A stretch of 64,000 nucleotides of DNA from an uncultured Desulfobacteraceae bacterium (lineage in GTDB: Bacteria; Desulfobacterota; Desulfobacteria; Desulfobacterales; SKZT01). The notes below the pieces were generated by a model, which saw only the letters and a list, made by a program, of their open reading frames with translations, searched no databases and was not told the origin of the DNA. Below are positions 9,223 through 19,601 of the stretch, in pieces. Position numbers and translations under genes: made by a program. The stretch is from contig CAZNTU010000003.1 of NCBI GenBank assembly GCA_964575975.1, forward strand, positions 23,811-87,810, written 5' to 3'. Within the stretch, counting starts at the first letter, position 1. Every line of letters begins with the position of its first letter.

Positions 9223-10164
9223 ATGAAGAGCAAAAGCTTGTTCGACAAGAGGGTTGTTTTCGTAGCGGGCAAGGGCGGGACGGGAAAGACCACGCTGACA
9301 TGCGCGCTGGCGCTGGCCGCGGCGGAAAGCGGCAAAAAGGTCCTTGCGGTCGAAACGAGGGGGAACGACGCTTTGGCCCCTCTTTTCGGGAAGGGAAAAC
9401 TCGCGGACAAACCCTCGCCGCTGAGGGAAAACATTTGGGGAGCGCGGGTAAATCCAAAGCGGGTCATAGAGGAATACGTGCAAAAATACGTGACCGTTCC
9501 CTTCGTTGCGCAGCAAATAACCGGCAGCCGCGTTTTCGATCATCTTGCGTCCGCAACGCCCGGTCTCAAGGAGGTCATGACCCTTGCGGAGATTTGGAGA
9601 TTCGAGAAAAAAAAAGACCCGGATACCGAAAGGTCTCTTTTCGACCTGATTCTCGTGGATTCTCCCGCGACAGGACACGGGTTGAGCCTGCTTCGCGTGC
9701 CGACCACGCTGATTTCCATGCTTCAAACCGGCCCCATAGCCGAACAGACCCGCTGGGTAAGCGAAATGCTTCGGGATCCGGAAAGGACGGGCATTTTGGT
9801 AGCCACTCTGCCGGAGGAACTTCCCGTAAACGAAGCGCTCGAGTTTTGCCGCAAGGCGGAAAACGATCTGGACATGCGCGTGGAGGCGGTCGTGGCCAAT
9901 ATGGTCTACCCGGTCATATTCAATCCGGATGAAATTTCGGTTATCGAGGGTTTGGCCGCCTCGGAAAACGGAGGGGCCCGCGCGTCTATGATCGAGGCCG
10001 CGAAAAGGCAAATCAATCGGCGGAAGGTTCAGGAATCCCACCTCGAAAGGCTGTTGAACGAGGGCGAACACCCGGTGGTCAGGATACCTTATTATTATAC
10101 CAACAACCTGGACGGCGAACAGATCGGCGATATCGCAAAACGCCTGAAATCGGAACCAATTTGA
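9223..10164 (+). CDS. ArsA/Get3-family ATPase, single-domain (half-ArsA) paralog 1
   Basis: Deviant Walker A 'GKGGTGKTT' and 'LVDSPATGHGL'. From memory the architecture matches the first member of the split ArsA-like pairs (mycobacterial Rv3679 type). Confidence 0.85.
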   Translation: MKSKSLFDKRVVFVAGKGGTGKTTLTCALALAAAESGKKVLAVETRGNDALAPLFGKGKLADKPSPLRENIWGARVNPKRVIEEYVQKYVTVPFVAQQITGSRVFDHLASATPGLKEVMTLAEIWRFEKKKDPDTERSLFDLILVDSPATGHGLSLLRVPTTLISMLQTGPIAEQTRWVSEMLRDPERTGILVATLPEELPVNEALEFCRKAENDLDMRVEAVVANMVYPVIFNPDEISVIEGLAASENGGARASMIEAAKRQINRRKVQESHLERLLNEGEHPVVRIPYYYTNNLDGEQIGDIAKRLKSEPI

Positions 10165-10183
10165 AGTCGCGGGTGAATCGGAC

Positions 10184-11311
10184 ATGCTGGAATTTGTTCT
10201 GAAGGAAAACGGACCTCGGATAGTCGCCTGTTGCGGAAGCGGCGGCGTGGGAAAGACCACTGTCGCGGCGACCATCGGACTGGCGGGAGCCTTGAGCGGA
10301 CGAAAAACCCTTGTTTTGACGATCGATCCGGCCAAACGCCTGGCCGACTCGCTGGGGCTGGGAAATTTCGACCACGAAATCAGGAAGGTCCCGCACGAGA
10401 AATTCTCCCGAAACGGAATCGAGCCATCGGGCGAATTGTACGCCATGATGCTCGACACCAAGCGCACCTTCGACAGGGTCGTCTCCAAGTACGCGACGTC
10501 GAAGGCGCAGAAAAAAATCTTCGGCAACCGTTATTACCAGCATATTTCGGGCACGCTGGCCGGTTCCAGGGAATACATGGCCATGGAAAAGCTGTACGAA
10601 ATATACAACGAGGACGACTACGACCTGATCGTGGTCGATACGCCCCCCACGAGAAACGCCTTGGATTTTCTGGACGCTCCCGAGCGACTTTCCAATCTTT
10701 TGGGCCACAATTTCTTCTGGAAATTTTTCAGACCTTATCTGTATGCGGGCCGGTTCGGCTTTCGCCTGTTTTCCATATTCGCGTCCCCGATTTTGAAATC
10801 GTTGAGCCAAGTGATGGGCGCGCGGGTCCTGGAGGACGCCGCCGAGTTTTTCAACCTTTGGGACGACATGCTCTTCGAGGGTTTTCAAAAGAGGGCCGGG
10901 GCGGTCCGAAAACTTTTGGCCAGCCCGGAGACCCTGTTTTTCGCGGTGGCGAGCCCCATGGCCAGACCATTGAAAGAAGCCCTGCACCTTTACCAGAAAC
11001 TTGCCGAAAACAACATCGCTTTCGGCGGGTTCATCGTCAACCGGGTACATCCCGAATATCCCGCCGACAATCCGGAGGCGAATCCGGGCGATTCGGAAAT
11101 ATTCGGCGAAGTGGAAATCGAGCCTTCCCTGAAGGAGAAGATTCTAAGAAATTTCGAACAATTCAAAAGATTGGGCGTCAGCGATTCGCGAGCGATCAAG
11201 GAATTGAAGGAAAAGATCGGGTCGGACGTTCCGGTCAGGGAAATCGCGCTTTTCAACCAGGACGTGTACGACATCGGCGGACTGATGCAAATCCGGAAGC
11301 ATTTACTTTAG
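10184..11311 (+). CDS. ArsA/Get3-family ATPase, single-domain paralog 2
   Basis: 'GSGGVGKTT', 'TIDPAKRLA', 'REYMAMEKL', 'VVDTPPTRNALDFLDAP'. From memory this is the second member of the split pair (Rv3680 type). 19-nt gap from paralog 1. Confidence 0.85.
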   Translation: MLEFVLKENGPRIVACCGSGGVGKTTVAATIGLAGALSGRKTLVLTIDPAKRLADSLGLGNFDHEIRKVPHEKFSRNGIEPSGELYAMMLDTKRTFDRVVSKYATSKAQKKIFGNRYYQHISGTLAGSREYMAMEKLYEIYNEDDYDLIVVDTPPTRNALDFLDAPERLSNLLGHNFFWKFFRPYLYAGRFGFRLFSIFASPILKSLSQVMGARVLEDAAEFFNLWDDMLFEGFQKRAGAVRKLLASPETLFFAVASPMARPLKEALHLYQKLAENNIAFGGFIVNRVHPEYPADNPEANPGDSEIFGEVEIEPSLKEKILRNFEQFKRLGVSDSRAIKELKEKIGSDVPVREIALFNQDVYDIGGLMQIRKHLL

Positions 11312-13378
11312 GTCGTCCAGCGTCCTTCTGACCGCCTCGGCCAATTCGCCGATGACAAGCGGCTTCTGCAGGAACGCTTTTATTTCGGGATGCGTCGCTT
11401 TCACCTCCGTGATTCTCTCGGGGTATCCCGAACAAAGAACGACGGGAATGTCCGGCCTGATTCGCGTCATCCGCGCGGCCAATTCGTCGCCGGTGATCTT
11501 GGGCATGGTCAGGTCGGTAATGACCAAATCGTAGCGAGCTGGGTCTTTTTCGAAAGTTTCCAAGGCTTCCGGCGAGCTTGCGCAGATGTCCACCTCGTAC
11601 CCCAAATGTTCGAGAAGCTGTTTTTCCAGGTTTACGAGAACGAGTTCGTCGTCGACAATGAGGATTCTTTCGTTTCCGGTCGGAAGGGACTGCTGCTGGT
11701 TTTTTTCCGTCTCGACAATCTTTTTTTCGATTACCGGGAGATAGACGTTGAAGGTGGAGCCCAACCCAGGCTCGCTGTAGACCGTGACGGTACCCCGATA
11801 GTCGGCTACGATGCCATGCACCATGGAAAGCCCTAGACCGGTCCCTTCCCCTTTGCCCTTGGTGGTGAAATAAGGTTCGAATACACGGTCGACGATTTCT
11901 TTGGGAATGCCGGAACCCGTGTCGGAAACGGACAGTTTCAAATATTTTCCAGCATCCAGGTTTAACGCTTTGTTTTCCGGGCTTCCGTTTATTTTGACAG
12001 ATTTCATGCTTACGGACAGGATTCCGCTTTTTCCTCTCATCGCATGCGCCGCGTTGGTGCATAAGTTCAACAGCACTTGGTGAATTTGGGAGGGATCGCC
12101 AAAAACGGGGTCCAAATCGCAATCGATATCATGGCGAATTTCGATGGTGGCCGGAAGCGTGGCCTTTAGCAGGTTAGTGGTTTCCTTGACGATGGGACCG
12201 ACATGAACCGGCCGTCTCTCCTTTTCGACCTGCCTGCTGAAAGCGAGGATATGCCCGATCAGGTCCTTCGCCCTCTGGGACGCCTTCATCACCTGCTCCA
12301 GGTTTCTCCGCATCGCGCTGTTCTTGGGAACGTAGAGTCCCGCAAGCTCGGTGTATCCCATTATGGCCGCCAGGATATTGTTGAAGTCGTGGGCGATTCC
12401 GCCGGCCAAAGCGCCGATCGCCTCCATTTTCTGGGCGCGGAACAATTGTTGCTTCAACTTTTTCTCTGCGCCGATATCCAGCACGAACGCCAAAATGGCG
12501 GGTTTTTCGTTGTATTTGATCAATGTCAGCCAAACCTCCACATCGAACCGCTCCCCGTTCTTTTTCATCGCCGTTAGTTCGTAGTGGGACCTGACGTCTT
12601 TTCCGGCAAGACGCTCGGACTGCCTTTTGAGCACCTTCTCGCGCTCTTCCGGAACCGCCAGCAATTCCACGGGTTTGCCTAGAATTTCCTCCGGCTCGTC
12701 ATACCCGTACATTTTGACGAACTTGGGATTGACATACACGAGCACGCCGTTCTGGGAAATGCGGATGCCCACTCCGGCCTGTTCAAAGGCGCCTCGATAA
12801 CGCTCCTCGCTTTCCCTCAAGGCGATCTCGGCCTTTTTTTGGTCCGTTACGTCCACCAAAAGTCCATTGAAATGACCCAACGTTCCATTGTCGTCGAACA
12901 CGGGTTTCGAAATGGCATGGATATGCCTCCAGGATTCCTTGGCGGGATTGTAGATTCTGACCTCTTCGTTGAAGGGAATTCTCTCGAGACGCGACAGGCG
13001 GTTGCCTTTTTCCACGCGTTCCCGATCCGCCGGGTGAATCCGTTCAAACCAACTCTTGAAATCCAATGGATCTTCGACCCCGAGAACGTCCTTAATCGAC
13101 GGACTTACGAAAACCACCTTGGCGCCCGATTTTCGGTCGCTTTCCATGGCCAGTTGATAGACGGCGAACCCCTCTGCCGTATCCAGCATGGACCGGTAAT
13201 TGTTCCTTTCCTTTTCGAGCGCGTCCGCAAGCGAGCGAACTTTCTCCAACTCCTCTTGCATGCGCCTGTTTAGTTCTTCCAACTCTGGTATTCTGTCGCT
13301 GTTCAAATTTTCGTCCTTTAAACGAGGGGTTCGCGCTTTTAGTTGCATCCAGAACGTAAAAGTCCGGATGTCCGGCAA
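11303..13378 (-). CDS. hybrid sensor histidine kinase (PAS x2 - HisKA - HATPase_c - receiver)
   Basis: H-box 'GGIAHDFNNIL', G-boxes 'DTGSGI' and 'GTGLGLS', C-terminal receiver 'ILIVDDE...DLVITDLTMP'. TTG at 13378 or ATG at 13348. Confidence 0.9.
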   Translation of the reverse strand: MPDIRTFTFWMQLKARTPRLKDENLNSDRIPELEELNRRMQEELEKVRSLADALEKERNNYRSMLDTAEGFAVYQLAMESDRKSGAKVVFVSPSIKDVLGVEDPLDFKSWFERIHPADRERVEKGNRLSRLERIPFNEEVRIYNPAKESWRHIHAISKPVFDDNGTLGHFNGLLVDVTDQKKAEIALRESEERYRGAFEQAGVGIRISQNGVLVYVNPKFVKMYGYDEPEEILGKPVELLAVPEEREKVLKRQSERLAGKDVRSHYELTAMKKNGERFDVEVWLTLIKYNEKPAILAFVLDIGAEKKLKQQLFRAQKMEAIGALAGGIAHDFNNILAAIMGYTELAGLYVPKNSAMRRNLEQVMKASQRAKDLIGHILAFSRQVEKERRPVHVGPIVKETTNLLKATLPATIEIRHDIDCDLDPVFGDPSQIHQVLLNLCTNAAHAMRGKSGILSVSMKSVKINGSPENKALNLDAGKYLKLSVSDTGSGIPKEIVDRVFEPYFTTKGKGEGTGLGLSMVHGIVADYRGTVTVYSEPGLGSTFNVYLPVIEKKIVETEKNQQQSLPTGNERILIVDDELVLVNLEKQLLEHLGYEVDICASSPEALETFEKDPARYDLVITDLTMPKITGDELAARMTRIRPDIPVVLCSGYPERITEVKATHPEIKAFLQKPLVIGELAEAVRRTLDDLK

Positions 13379-13396
13379 ACTTCGATTTTCTCGGGT

Positions 13397-14032
13397 TCAA
13401 GCGGTCTTGTCCGCAAACGCGCACAGATCGTGTATGGGGCATTTTGCGCAAAGGGGTTTTCTCGCTTGGCAAAATTCCCTGCCGAAGTAGAGCAACCGGA
13501 GAGAGAAACCGTCCCAATCGTTCCTCGGAACGATCTTCATCAGGTCGAACTCTATTTTGGCGGGATCTTCGTTTCGAGTGAAACCCAATCTTCGGGAAAT
13601 TCGGGAAACATGCGTATCCACGACGATGGCAGGTTTGTCGAAAACGGTTCCGAGAACTACGTTGGCCGTTTTTCGCCCGACGCCGGGAAGCCTCACCAGC
13701 TCTTCCAAATTGTCCGGAACTGCCCCTCCGTGTTTTTCGAGTATGGCCATGGCGCAGTTTTTCAGATTTTTCGCCTTGTTCTTGTAATACCCGGTAGAGC
13801 GAATCAATTCTTCCAGCCGGTCCGGTTCGACCTTCACGAAATCCTCCGGCCCCGGAAGTTCCTTGAAAAGCGTTCGGGTCACTTTGTTGACCTGCTTGTC
13901 GGTGCATTGGGCCGACAGAACGGTGGCGGCCAGAAGTTGAAAGGGGGTCGAAAAATCAAGCTGCGTCTTGACATCGGGATAGGTCTCTTTTAATATCCCT
14001 CGAATTTTGTCGGCTCGCTCCTTGAGCTTCAT
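13397..14032 (-). CDS. nth: endonuclease III
   Basis: HhH-GPD motif 'LPGVGRKTANVVL' and a C-terminal 4Fe-4S Cys cluster 'C.......C..C.....C'. Confidence 0.9.
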   Translation of the reverse strand: MKLKERADKIRGILKETYPDVKTQLDFSTPFQLLAATVLSAQCTDKQVNKVTRTLFKELPGPEDFVKVEPDRLEELIRSTGYYKNKAKNLKNCAMAILEKHGGAVPDNLEELVRLPGVGRKTANVVLGTVFDKPAIVVDTHVSRISRRLGFTRNEDPAKIEFDLMKIVPRNDWDGFSLRLLYFGREFCQARKPLCAKCPIHDLCAFADKTA

Positions 14033-14164
14033 CGCGCGGCCTCTTCGTGGAAATTAATTAACGGGTTGTCGAACATGCAGCCGCCTCCGAGAGGCTATTA
14101 AAGTGCGCTGCAAAAATAACGCGGGCGATTGTAATACCACGGAATCCTAAAATCAATACAGTTA

Positions 14165-15175
14165 ATGCATTCCGAAAAGATGAATTTCGATCCAAATAAA
14201 ATCAGGGCGCTGGGACTATGCTCCGGCGGGCTGGACAGTATTCTTTCCGCGCTCGTGCTTCGAAATCAAGGCGTGGAAGTGGAGTGGGTGGCGTTCGAAA
14301 CCCCCTTTTTTTCGTCAGAAAAAGCAAGAAAGGCCTCCCGCATGACGGGCGTCCCATTGACCGTCCAAAAAATCACGGAAAAATACATGGAGATGCTCCA
14401 AAATCCCAATTGCGGGTACGGAAAGAACATGAACCCGTGCATGGATTGCCATGCGCTGATGTTCAAGCTGGCAGGGGAAATCATGCGGGAGCGGGAGTTC
14501 CATTTTCTGTTCAGCGGGGAAGTCCTGGGACAGCGGCCTATGTCTCAAACCAGGCCGTCATTGAACTACGTGGAAAAACATTCGGGAATGAAAGGTTCTA
14601 TCCTGCGCCCCTTGAGCGCGAAAAAACTCGACGAAACCATACCGGAACAAAAAGGCTGGGTGGACAGGGACAAGCTGCTGGATTTAACGGGACGAGGCCG
14701 CAAACGACAGATTCAAATGGCCAAGGAATTCGGAGTGACAGAATATCCCGCTCCTGCCGGCGGATGTCTGCTTACCGACAAAGGCTACTCGGTTCGATTG
14801 AAGGATCTGATGGAACGAAAGCGCTACATCGCCGAGAGAGAATTGCATCTTTTGAAATTCGGACGCCATTTTCGCGCGACATCGGGGGCGAAGATCGTCG
14901 TCGGGCGCACCCAGAAGGACAACGAAAATATACTTAGGCACTGCGACGAGACACGGGATTCGATTCTGAGGGCCGTCCGCTATCCGAGTCCCATCGTATT
15001 GATTCCATGCGAATCCGACCGCGAGGACATACTTCTGGCCGCAGCCATATGCGCCGGCTACACCAAGGCTCCGGCACACATCCCTGCGGAAGTCGCGCTC
15101 GAAAGCCCCGCCGGAAACGAACTGCTTGCCGTTCTCCCCGTTGCGCCCGCGAACGTAAAGCATCTGTTGATATAG
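14165..15175 (+). CDS. PP-loop ATPase, ThiI/tRNA-thiolation-like (no THUMP domain)
   Basis: 'LCSGGLDS' PP-loop and 'NPCMDCHALMF' Cys motif. About 330 aa. Confidence 0.65.
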   Translation: MHSEKMNFDPNKIRALGLCSGGLDSILSALVLRNQGVEVEWVAFETPFFSSEKARKASRMTGVPLTVQKITEKYMEMLQNPNCGYGKNMNPCMDCHALMFKLAGEIMREREFHFLFSGEVLGQRPMSQTRPSLNYVEKHSGMKGSILRPLSAKKLDETIPEQKGWVDRDKLLDLTGRGRKRQIQMAKEFGVTEYPAPAGGCLLTDKGYSVRLKDLMERKRYIAERELHLLKFGRHFRATSGAKIVVGRTQKDNENILRHCDETRDSILRAVRYPSPIVLIPCESDREDILLAAAICAGYTKAPAHIPAEVALESPAGNELLAVLPVAPANVKHLLI

Positions 15176-15227
15176 GAGCGACAGGAACGCGCGGTTCGGT
15201 CCCGATGCCAAAACGCGTCCGATGCGT

Positions 15228-16277
15228 CTAGCGGCAAGCCTCGGCCCTCAATTGGCCGCAAGCGGCGGAGATGTCGCTCCCCTTGCTCTGCCGGACGATG
15301 ACCGTGTAGTTCCGTTCCACGAGAACGTCGCGGAATTTCGCGATAACGGATTCGTCGGGGCGTTGGAATTCGGAGCCTTCGAACTCGTTGAACGGTATGA
15401 GATTGATCTTCGCGCTGACAGGTTTCAAAAGCCCGGACAGACGCCGGGCGTCGACCTCCGAGTCGTTCACGCCTCTTATGAGTATGTATTCGAAGGTTAT
15501 TCGGCGCCTGCGTTTCAGCGGGTATTGCTTGCATGCCTCGATCAGTTCCTCGACGGGGTATTTTCGGTTTATCGGCATCAGGCGGCTACGGGTCTCGTTG
15601 GCCGTCGCGTTCAATGAAACGGCGACGTTCGCCGAGGAATCCCGTCCGAACGCGACGATCTTCGGAACCAATCCGGCCGTGGAGACGGTGACCCGCCGCG
15701 ACGACAGGCCGAGGCCGTTGTCGTCTTCCATGATGGTCTCCAAGGCGCCGACTAAATTTTCGTAGTTGGCGAGGGGCTCTCCCATGCCCATGAACACGAG
15801 ATTGGTCAATCGGAGGGTTTCTTGCGGGTCGGAATCGACAAGGTGGATCAAGTCGCGAACTTGGGCGACGATTTCGCCTCTCGTCAGATTTCGGACGAAG
15901 CCTCCCCGGGCCGTGCAACAGAAGCGGCATCCCTGGGCGCATCCGACTTGGCTCGAAACGCAAAGCGTGTAATGGTCCTTCTCGGGAATCAGGACGCTTT
16001 CGATCAGATTTCCGTCTTCGAGTTCGAACAGGTATTTCCTGGAACCGTCCGACGACGTTCGCACATTTTCGACCGACAGGCGGTGGATGGAGAAGTTGTC
16101 GGAAAGAAGATTTCTCAGATCCTTGGAGAGATCCGTCATGTCCGCGAAGGAATCGACTTGGCGCACGTATATCCATTTTTGGATCTGGGCCGCCCTGTAT
16201 GGCTTAATTCCGTGTTTTGAAAGCCATGCGACCAAATCGACGGCTGACAGTTCCTTTATGTCTTTTAAACGTGACAT
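15228..16277 (-). CDS. rlmN: 23S rRNA/tRNA adenine-C2 methyltransferase RlmN (radical SAM)
   Basis: 'MSRLKDIKELS...YRAAQIQKWIY', radical-SAM 'CAQGCRFCCT' and C-terminal 'ISAACGQL'. The internal ATG at 16277 is used. The upstream part of the 807-aa ORF is antisense to ffh. Confidence 0.9.
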   Translation of the reverse strand: MSRLKDIKELSAVDLVAWLSKHGIKPYRAAQIQKWIYVRQVDSFADMTDLSKDLRNLLSDNFSIHRLSVENVRTSSDGSRKYLFELEDGNLIESVLIPEKDHYTLCVSSQVGCAQGCRFCCTARGGFVRNLTRGEIVAQVRDLIHLVDSDPQETLRLTNLVFMGMGEPLANYENLVGALETIMEDDNGLGLSSRRVTVSTAGLVPKIVAFGRDSSANVAVSLNATANETRSRLMPINRKYPVEELIEACKQYPLKRRRRITFEYILIRGVNDSEVDARRLSGLLKPVSAKINLIPFNEFEGSEFQRPDESVIAKFRDVLVERNYTVIVRQSKGSDISAACGQLRAEACR

Positions 16278-16391
16278 CGGGGCATCTTTCGCATATAATA
16301 ATTTGATTTTGGATTTGGCGAATAATTCCTTGACATTACATTTTTTCCAATATATTTTCAAGGTTTTATTAGCAATAGCAGGAGTTTGGAG

Positions 16392-17723
16392 ATGTTCGAC
16401 AACCTGTCCGAAAGACTCGAGGCCGCTTTCAAAAAGCTGAAAGGGCACGGAAAACTGTCCGAAAGCAACATTCAGGACGGTTTGAAAGAGGTGCGCCTTG
16501 CGTTGCTGGAAGCGGATGTCCACTATACCGTGGTGAAAAAGTTCGTTTCGGAGGTCAAGGAGCGGGCAATGGGTCAGGAAGTGACGGCCAGCCTGACTCC
16601 GGGGCAGCAGGTCGTCAAGATCGTCAACGAGGAACTCACCGAGCTGATGGGTTCGACCCGCCAGGGGATAAACTTGGGCGGCACCAAGCCGGTGGCGGTC
16701 ATGCTGGTGGGACTCCAGGGCTCGGGCAAGACGACAACGGCGGGAAAACTGGCCGTGTTTCTCAGAAAAAACGGCAAGAATCCGTACCTTGTTCCTGCCG
16801 ACGTCTATCGACCGGCCGCCATCGACCAGCTCAAGAAGCTTGGCGCGCAGCTTGGAGTTCCGGTTTTCGACTCGAAATCCGACATGGACCCGGTCCAGAT
16901 TTGCCAAAGAGCAAAGGCCGAGGGCCAGAAGGCCGGTTGCGACGTTCTTCTGCTGGATACCGCCGGGCGGCTCCATGTCGACGAAGGACTCATGGACGAG
17001 CTGGAAAGGATCAAGAAGGCGTCGAATCCATCGGACATCCTTCTGGTGGCCGACGCCATGACCGGCCAGGACGCCGTGAACATAGCGCAGTCCTTCGACA
17101 AGAAGCTTGACATCGGCGGAGTCGTCTTGACCAAAATGGACGGCGACGCCAGGGGTGGAGCGGCCCTGTCGATAAAGGCCATTATAGACAAGCCGATCAA
17201 GTTCATCGGAGTCGGGGAAAAACTGAGCCAGTTTGAGGAGTTCCATCCCGACCGAATGTCCTCCCGGATTCTGGGCATGGGCGACGCCTTGACCATCATC
17301 GAGAAAGCCCAGGCCATGGTGGACGAGAAAAAAGCCGTCGAACTGGAAAAAAAGCTCAGAAAAAGCGAATTCACGCTCGAGGATTTTCGCGACCAAATGG
17401 CCCAGGTCCGAAAAATGGGACCGATTTCCGAACTGATGGGCATGATTCCCGGATTCAACAAGATCAAGCAGCTCAAGGACGCGAAGGTGGAGGACAAGGA
17501 GTTGGTCAAGATAGAGGCCATCATCGACTCCATGACTCCGCAGGAACGACGGCAACATTCCATCATCAACGGAAGCCGCAGAAAACGAATCGCCTTGGGA
17601 AGCGGTACCACGGTGCAGGATGTCAACAGGCTTATCAAGAACTATGCTCAAATCATGAAAATGATGAAAAAATTCACTAAAGGCGGAATGCGAGGTTTGG
17701 GTCGCATGAAGCTGCCATTTTAA
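16392..17723 (+). CDS. ffh: signal recognition particle protein Ffh
   Basis: 'MFDNLSERL', 'GLQGSGKTTT', 'DTAGR' and a Met-rich M domain. AGGAG RBS before ATG 16392. Confidence 0.95.
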   Translation: MFDNLSERLEAAFKKLKGHGKLSESNIQDGLKEVRLALLEADVHYTVVKKFVSEVKERAMGQEVTASLTPGQQVVKIVNEELTELMGSTRQGINLGGTKPVAVMLVGLQGSGKTTTAGKLAVFLRKNGKNPYLVPADVYRPAAIDQLKKLGAQLGVPVFDSKSDMDPVQICQRAKAEGQKAGCDVLLLDTAGRLHVDEGLMDELERIKKASNPSDILLVADAMTGQDAVNIAQSFDKKLDIGGVVLTKMDGDARGGAALSIKAIIDKPIKFIGVGEKLSQFEEFHPDRMSSRILGMGDALTIIEKAQAMVDEKKAVELEKKLRKSEFTLEDFRDQMAQVRKMGPISELMGMIPGFNKIKQLKDAKVEDKELVKIEAIIDSMTPQERRQHSIINGSRRKRIALGSGTTVQDVNRLIKNYAQIMKMMKKFTKGGMRGLGRMKLPF

Positions 17724-17752
17724 TAGGAGCTTGAAAAGGAGAAATTGAAGAC

Positions 17753-18007
17753 ATGGCGGTAAGAATCAGATTGGCCAGGCACGGCGCCAAAAAGAGACCT
17801 TTCTACAGAATTGTCGTGGCTGACCAGGAAAGCAGGCGCGACGGCCGTTTCATCGAAATAGTGGGAACTTACAATCCGTTGAAGGACCCCGCCGAAGTAA
17901 ACCTTAAGAACGACCGGGTGGAATATTGGCTGGGCCAGGGAGCCAAACCGACCGATACGGTAAAAAGCTTATTGAAAAAGGAATTGGCCTCCGAACCTGC
18001 TGCGTAG
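17753..18007 (+). CDS. rpsP: 30S ribosomal protein S16
   Basis: '[24 protein letters not shown]'. Confidence 0.95.
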   Translation: MAVRIRLARHGAKKRPFYRIVVADQESRRDGRFIEIVGTYNPLKDPAEVNLKNDRVEYWLGQGAKPTDTVKSLLKKELASEPAA

Positions 18008-18052
18008 CATCCGTGCTCCGTTCGAAGACGGCTTATGAAGGGAGAGTTGCAC

Positions 18053-18283
18053 ATGAAAGATCTAGTCAAGTATATTGCTCAGGCGCTCGTGGACAAACCG
18101 GACGAAGTTTTTGTCGAGGAAATCACGGGGAACCAGACTTCCGTTTTGGAACTGAAGGTAGCCAAGGACGACTTGGGAAAGATAATCGGAAAGCAGGGAC
18201 GTACGGCTCGCGCGATGAGAACCATCTTGAGCGCGGCTTCGGCCAAGATCAAAAAGCGGACTGTCCTCGAAATTATCGAGTAG
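18053..18283 (+). CDS. KH-domain RNA-binding protein (YlqC-like)
   Basis: 76 aa from the internal ATG with AAGGGAGAG RBS. '[18 protein letters not shown]' GXXG KH motif. Conserved position between rpsP and rimM. Confidence 0.85.
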   Translation: MKDLVKYIAQALVDKPDEVFVEEITGNQTSVLELKVAKDDLGKIIGKQGRTARAMRTILSAASAKIKKRTVLEIIE

Positions 18284-18293
18284 TTCTATCGAA

Positions 18294-18806
18294 ATGGAGA
18301 AAGATCTTAATATCTCCGTCGGAAAAATTACAGGTACGCACGGCTTCAAGGGAACGTTGAAATTGTTCCCGTACGCCGAATCGCCCGACCTTTTCCAGTC
18401 GGGAAAAAAAATTATCGTTCGATACGCCGATGGTAGGTTTGCGGAATTTACCATCGGCTGGATTAAACCCCACAAAAAGGGGTTTCTTCTTTTTTTCAAG
18501 GAGGCGGTCTCCCCGGAGATGGCCGACGACCTGATCGACGCGGAGCTTCTTGTCGAGCGCGAGGACTTTCCCGAAACCGAGAGCGGGGAATATTATTGGG
18601 CGGACTTGATAGGACTGTCGGTTTATATGATCGACGGCGTCTATTTGGGAAAACTGGATTCCATTTTTGCGACTGGGAGCAACGACGTTTTCGTGGTAAA
18701 GCACGATAAAAAAGAAACCTTGGTTCCCGCCCTGGAGTCGGTGGTCGAAAAAGTCGATTTGGACCAGAAGACCATGCGCGTTCGCCTTCCCGAGGGGTTG
18801 CAATGA
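18294..18806 (+). CDS. rimM: 16S rRNA processing protein RimM
   Basis: '[15 protein letters not shown]', a PRC-barrel C-terminus and conserved synteny. Confidence 0.9.
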   Translation: MEKDLNISVGKITGTHGFKGTLKLFPYAESPDLFQSGKKIIVRYADGRFAEFTIGWIKPHKKGFLLFFKEAVSPEMADDLIDAELLVEREDFPETESGEYYWADLIGLSVYMIDGVYLGKLDSIFATGSNDVFVVKHDKKETLVPALESVVEKVDLDQKTMRVRLPEGLQ

Positions 18807-19600
18807 AGTTTGTGGTTTTGACTCTGTTTCCGGAATTGTTCGAGCCGTTCTGGGGACACGGGATGATTCGGAAGGCGATCGAATCGGGAAGGATAACCGC
18901 GCAAACCATTCAGATAAGGGATTTCGCGGAGGGAAGACACAAGGTGGTGGACGACCGTCCCTATGGCGGAGGTCCGGGGATGGTCATGAAGCCGGAACCG
19001 TTGGCCAAGGCGATTCGCGAGGCGGAAAAAGGGGTTCCGGAGGCCCGGAAAATTCTTCTTTCGCCGCAGGGTCGCGCGTTTTCGCAAGCCTTGGCTGCGG
19101 AACTCGCGCGGGAGAAGAGCCTTGTCTTGTTGTGCGGCAGATATGAGGGAATCGACGAAAGAATTTGCCAGGATTTTGTACACGATGAAATTTCCATCGG
19201 GGACTACGTTCTGACCGGGGGCGAGTTGGCTGCCATGGTGGTCGTGGACGCTGTGGTCCGGTTCGTGCCGGGCGTGCTGGGATGCGCCGACTCGAGCGAG
19301 GACGATTCGTTTTCCGACAAGCTTTTGGAACACGCCCATTATACGAGACCGTTCGAGTTCGAAGGGGAGACAGTCCCGGAAACGCTTCTTTCCGGGAACC
19401 ACGGAGAGGTGGAAAAATGGCGCTTGCGCTCCTCGCTTGTCAGGACCTTTTTGAAAAGGCCCGACTTGCTGCATCAGCGGCTTTTGAAAAAGGAGGAGAT
19501 TGCGATTCTGGCGGAATTGAAGGCGAAGATCCAGGAAACCATCGATTTACATTCGGCCGCGAAGCCGGAAGACTTCGAAACGAGGGCCGACGGCGAATAA
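18803..19600 (+). CDS. trmD: tRNA (guanine37-N1)-methyltransferase TrmD
   Basis: 'LTLFPELFE', '[13 protein letters not shown]', '[13 protein letters not shown]'. ATGA overlap with rimM. Confidence 0.95.
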   Translation: MKFVVLTLFPELFEPFWGHGMIRKAIESGRITAQTIQIRDFAEGRHKVVDDRPYGGGPGMVMKPEPLAKAIREAEKGVPEARKILLSPQGRAFSQALAAELAREKSLVLLCGRYEGIDERICQDFVHDEISIGDYVLTGGELAAMVVVDAVVRFVPGVLGCADSSEDDSFSDKLLEHAHYTRPFEFEGETVPETLLSGNHGEVEKWRLRSSLVRTFLKRPDLLHQRLLKKEEIAILAELKAKIQETIDLHSAAKPEDFETRADGE

Positions 19601-19601
19601 A

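Noticed and set aside
9607-9615. A9 homopolymer runs inside coding regions (ArsA paralog 1 at 9607-9615; gspE at 39821-39829), considered as possible programmed frameshift or phase-variation sites.
   Set aside because: Both reading frames continue intact through the runs (encoding Lys-Lys-Lys), with conserved motifs on both sides. There is no alternative-frame ORF of interest downstream.
15228-17651. An 807-aa minus-strand ORF that looks like a giant RlmN fusion protein.
   Set aside because: Only the C-terminal 349 aa (from ATG 16277, MSRLKDIK...) are RlmN. The upstream 458 codons run exactly antisense to the unmistakable ffh gene, are Arg/Gly/His/Leu-rich low-complexity sequence, and have no independent support.
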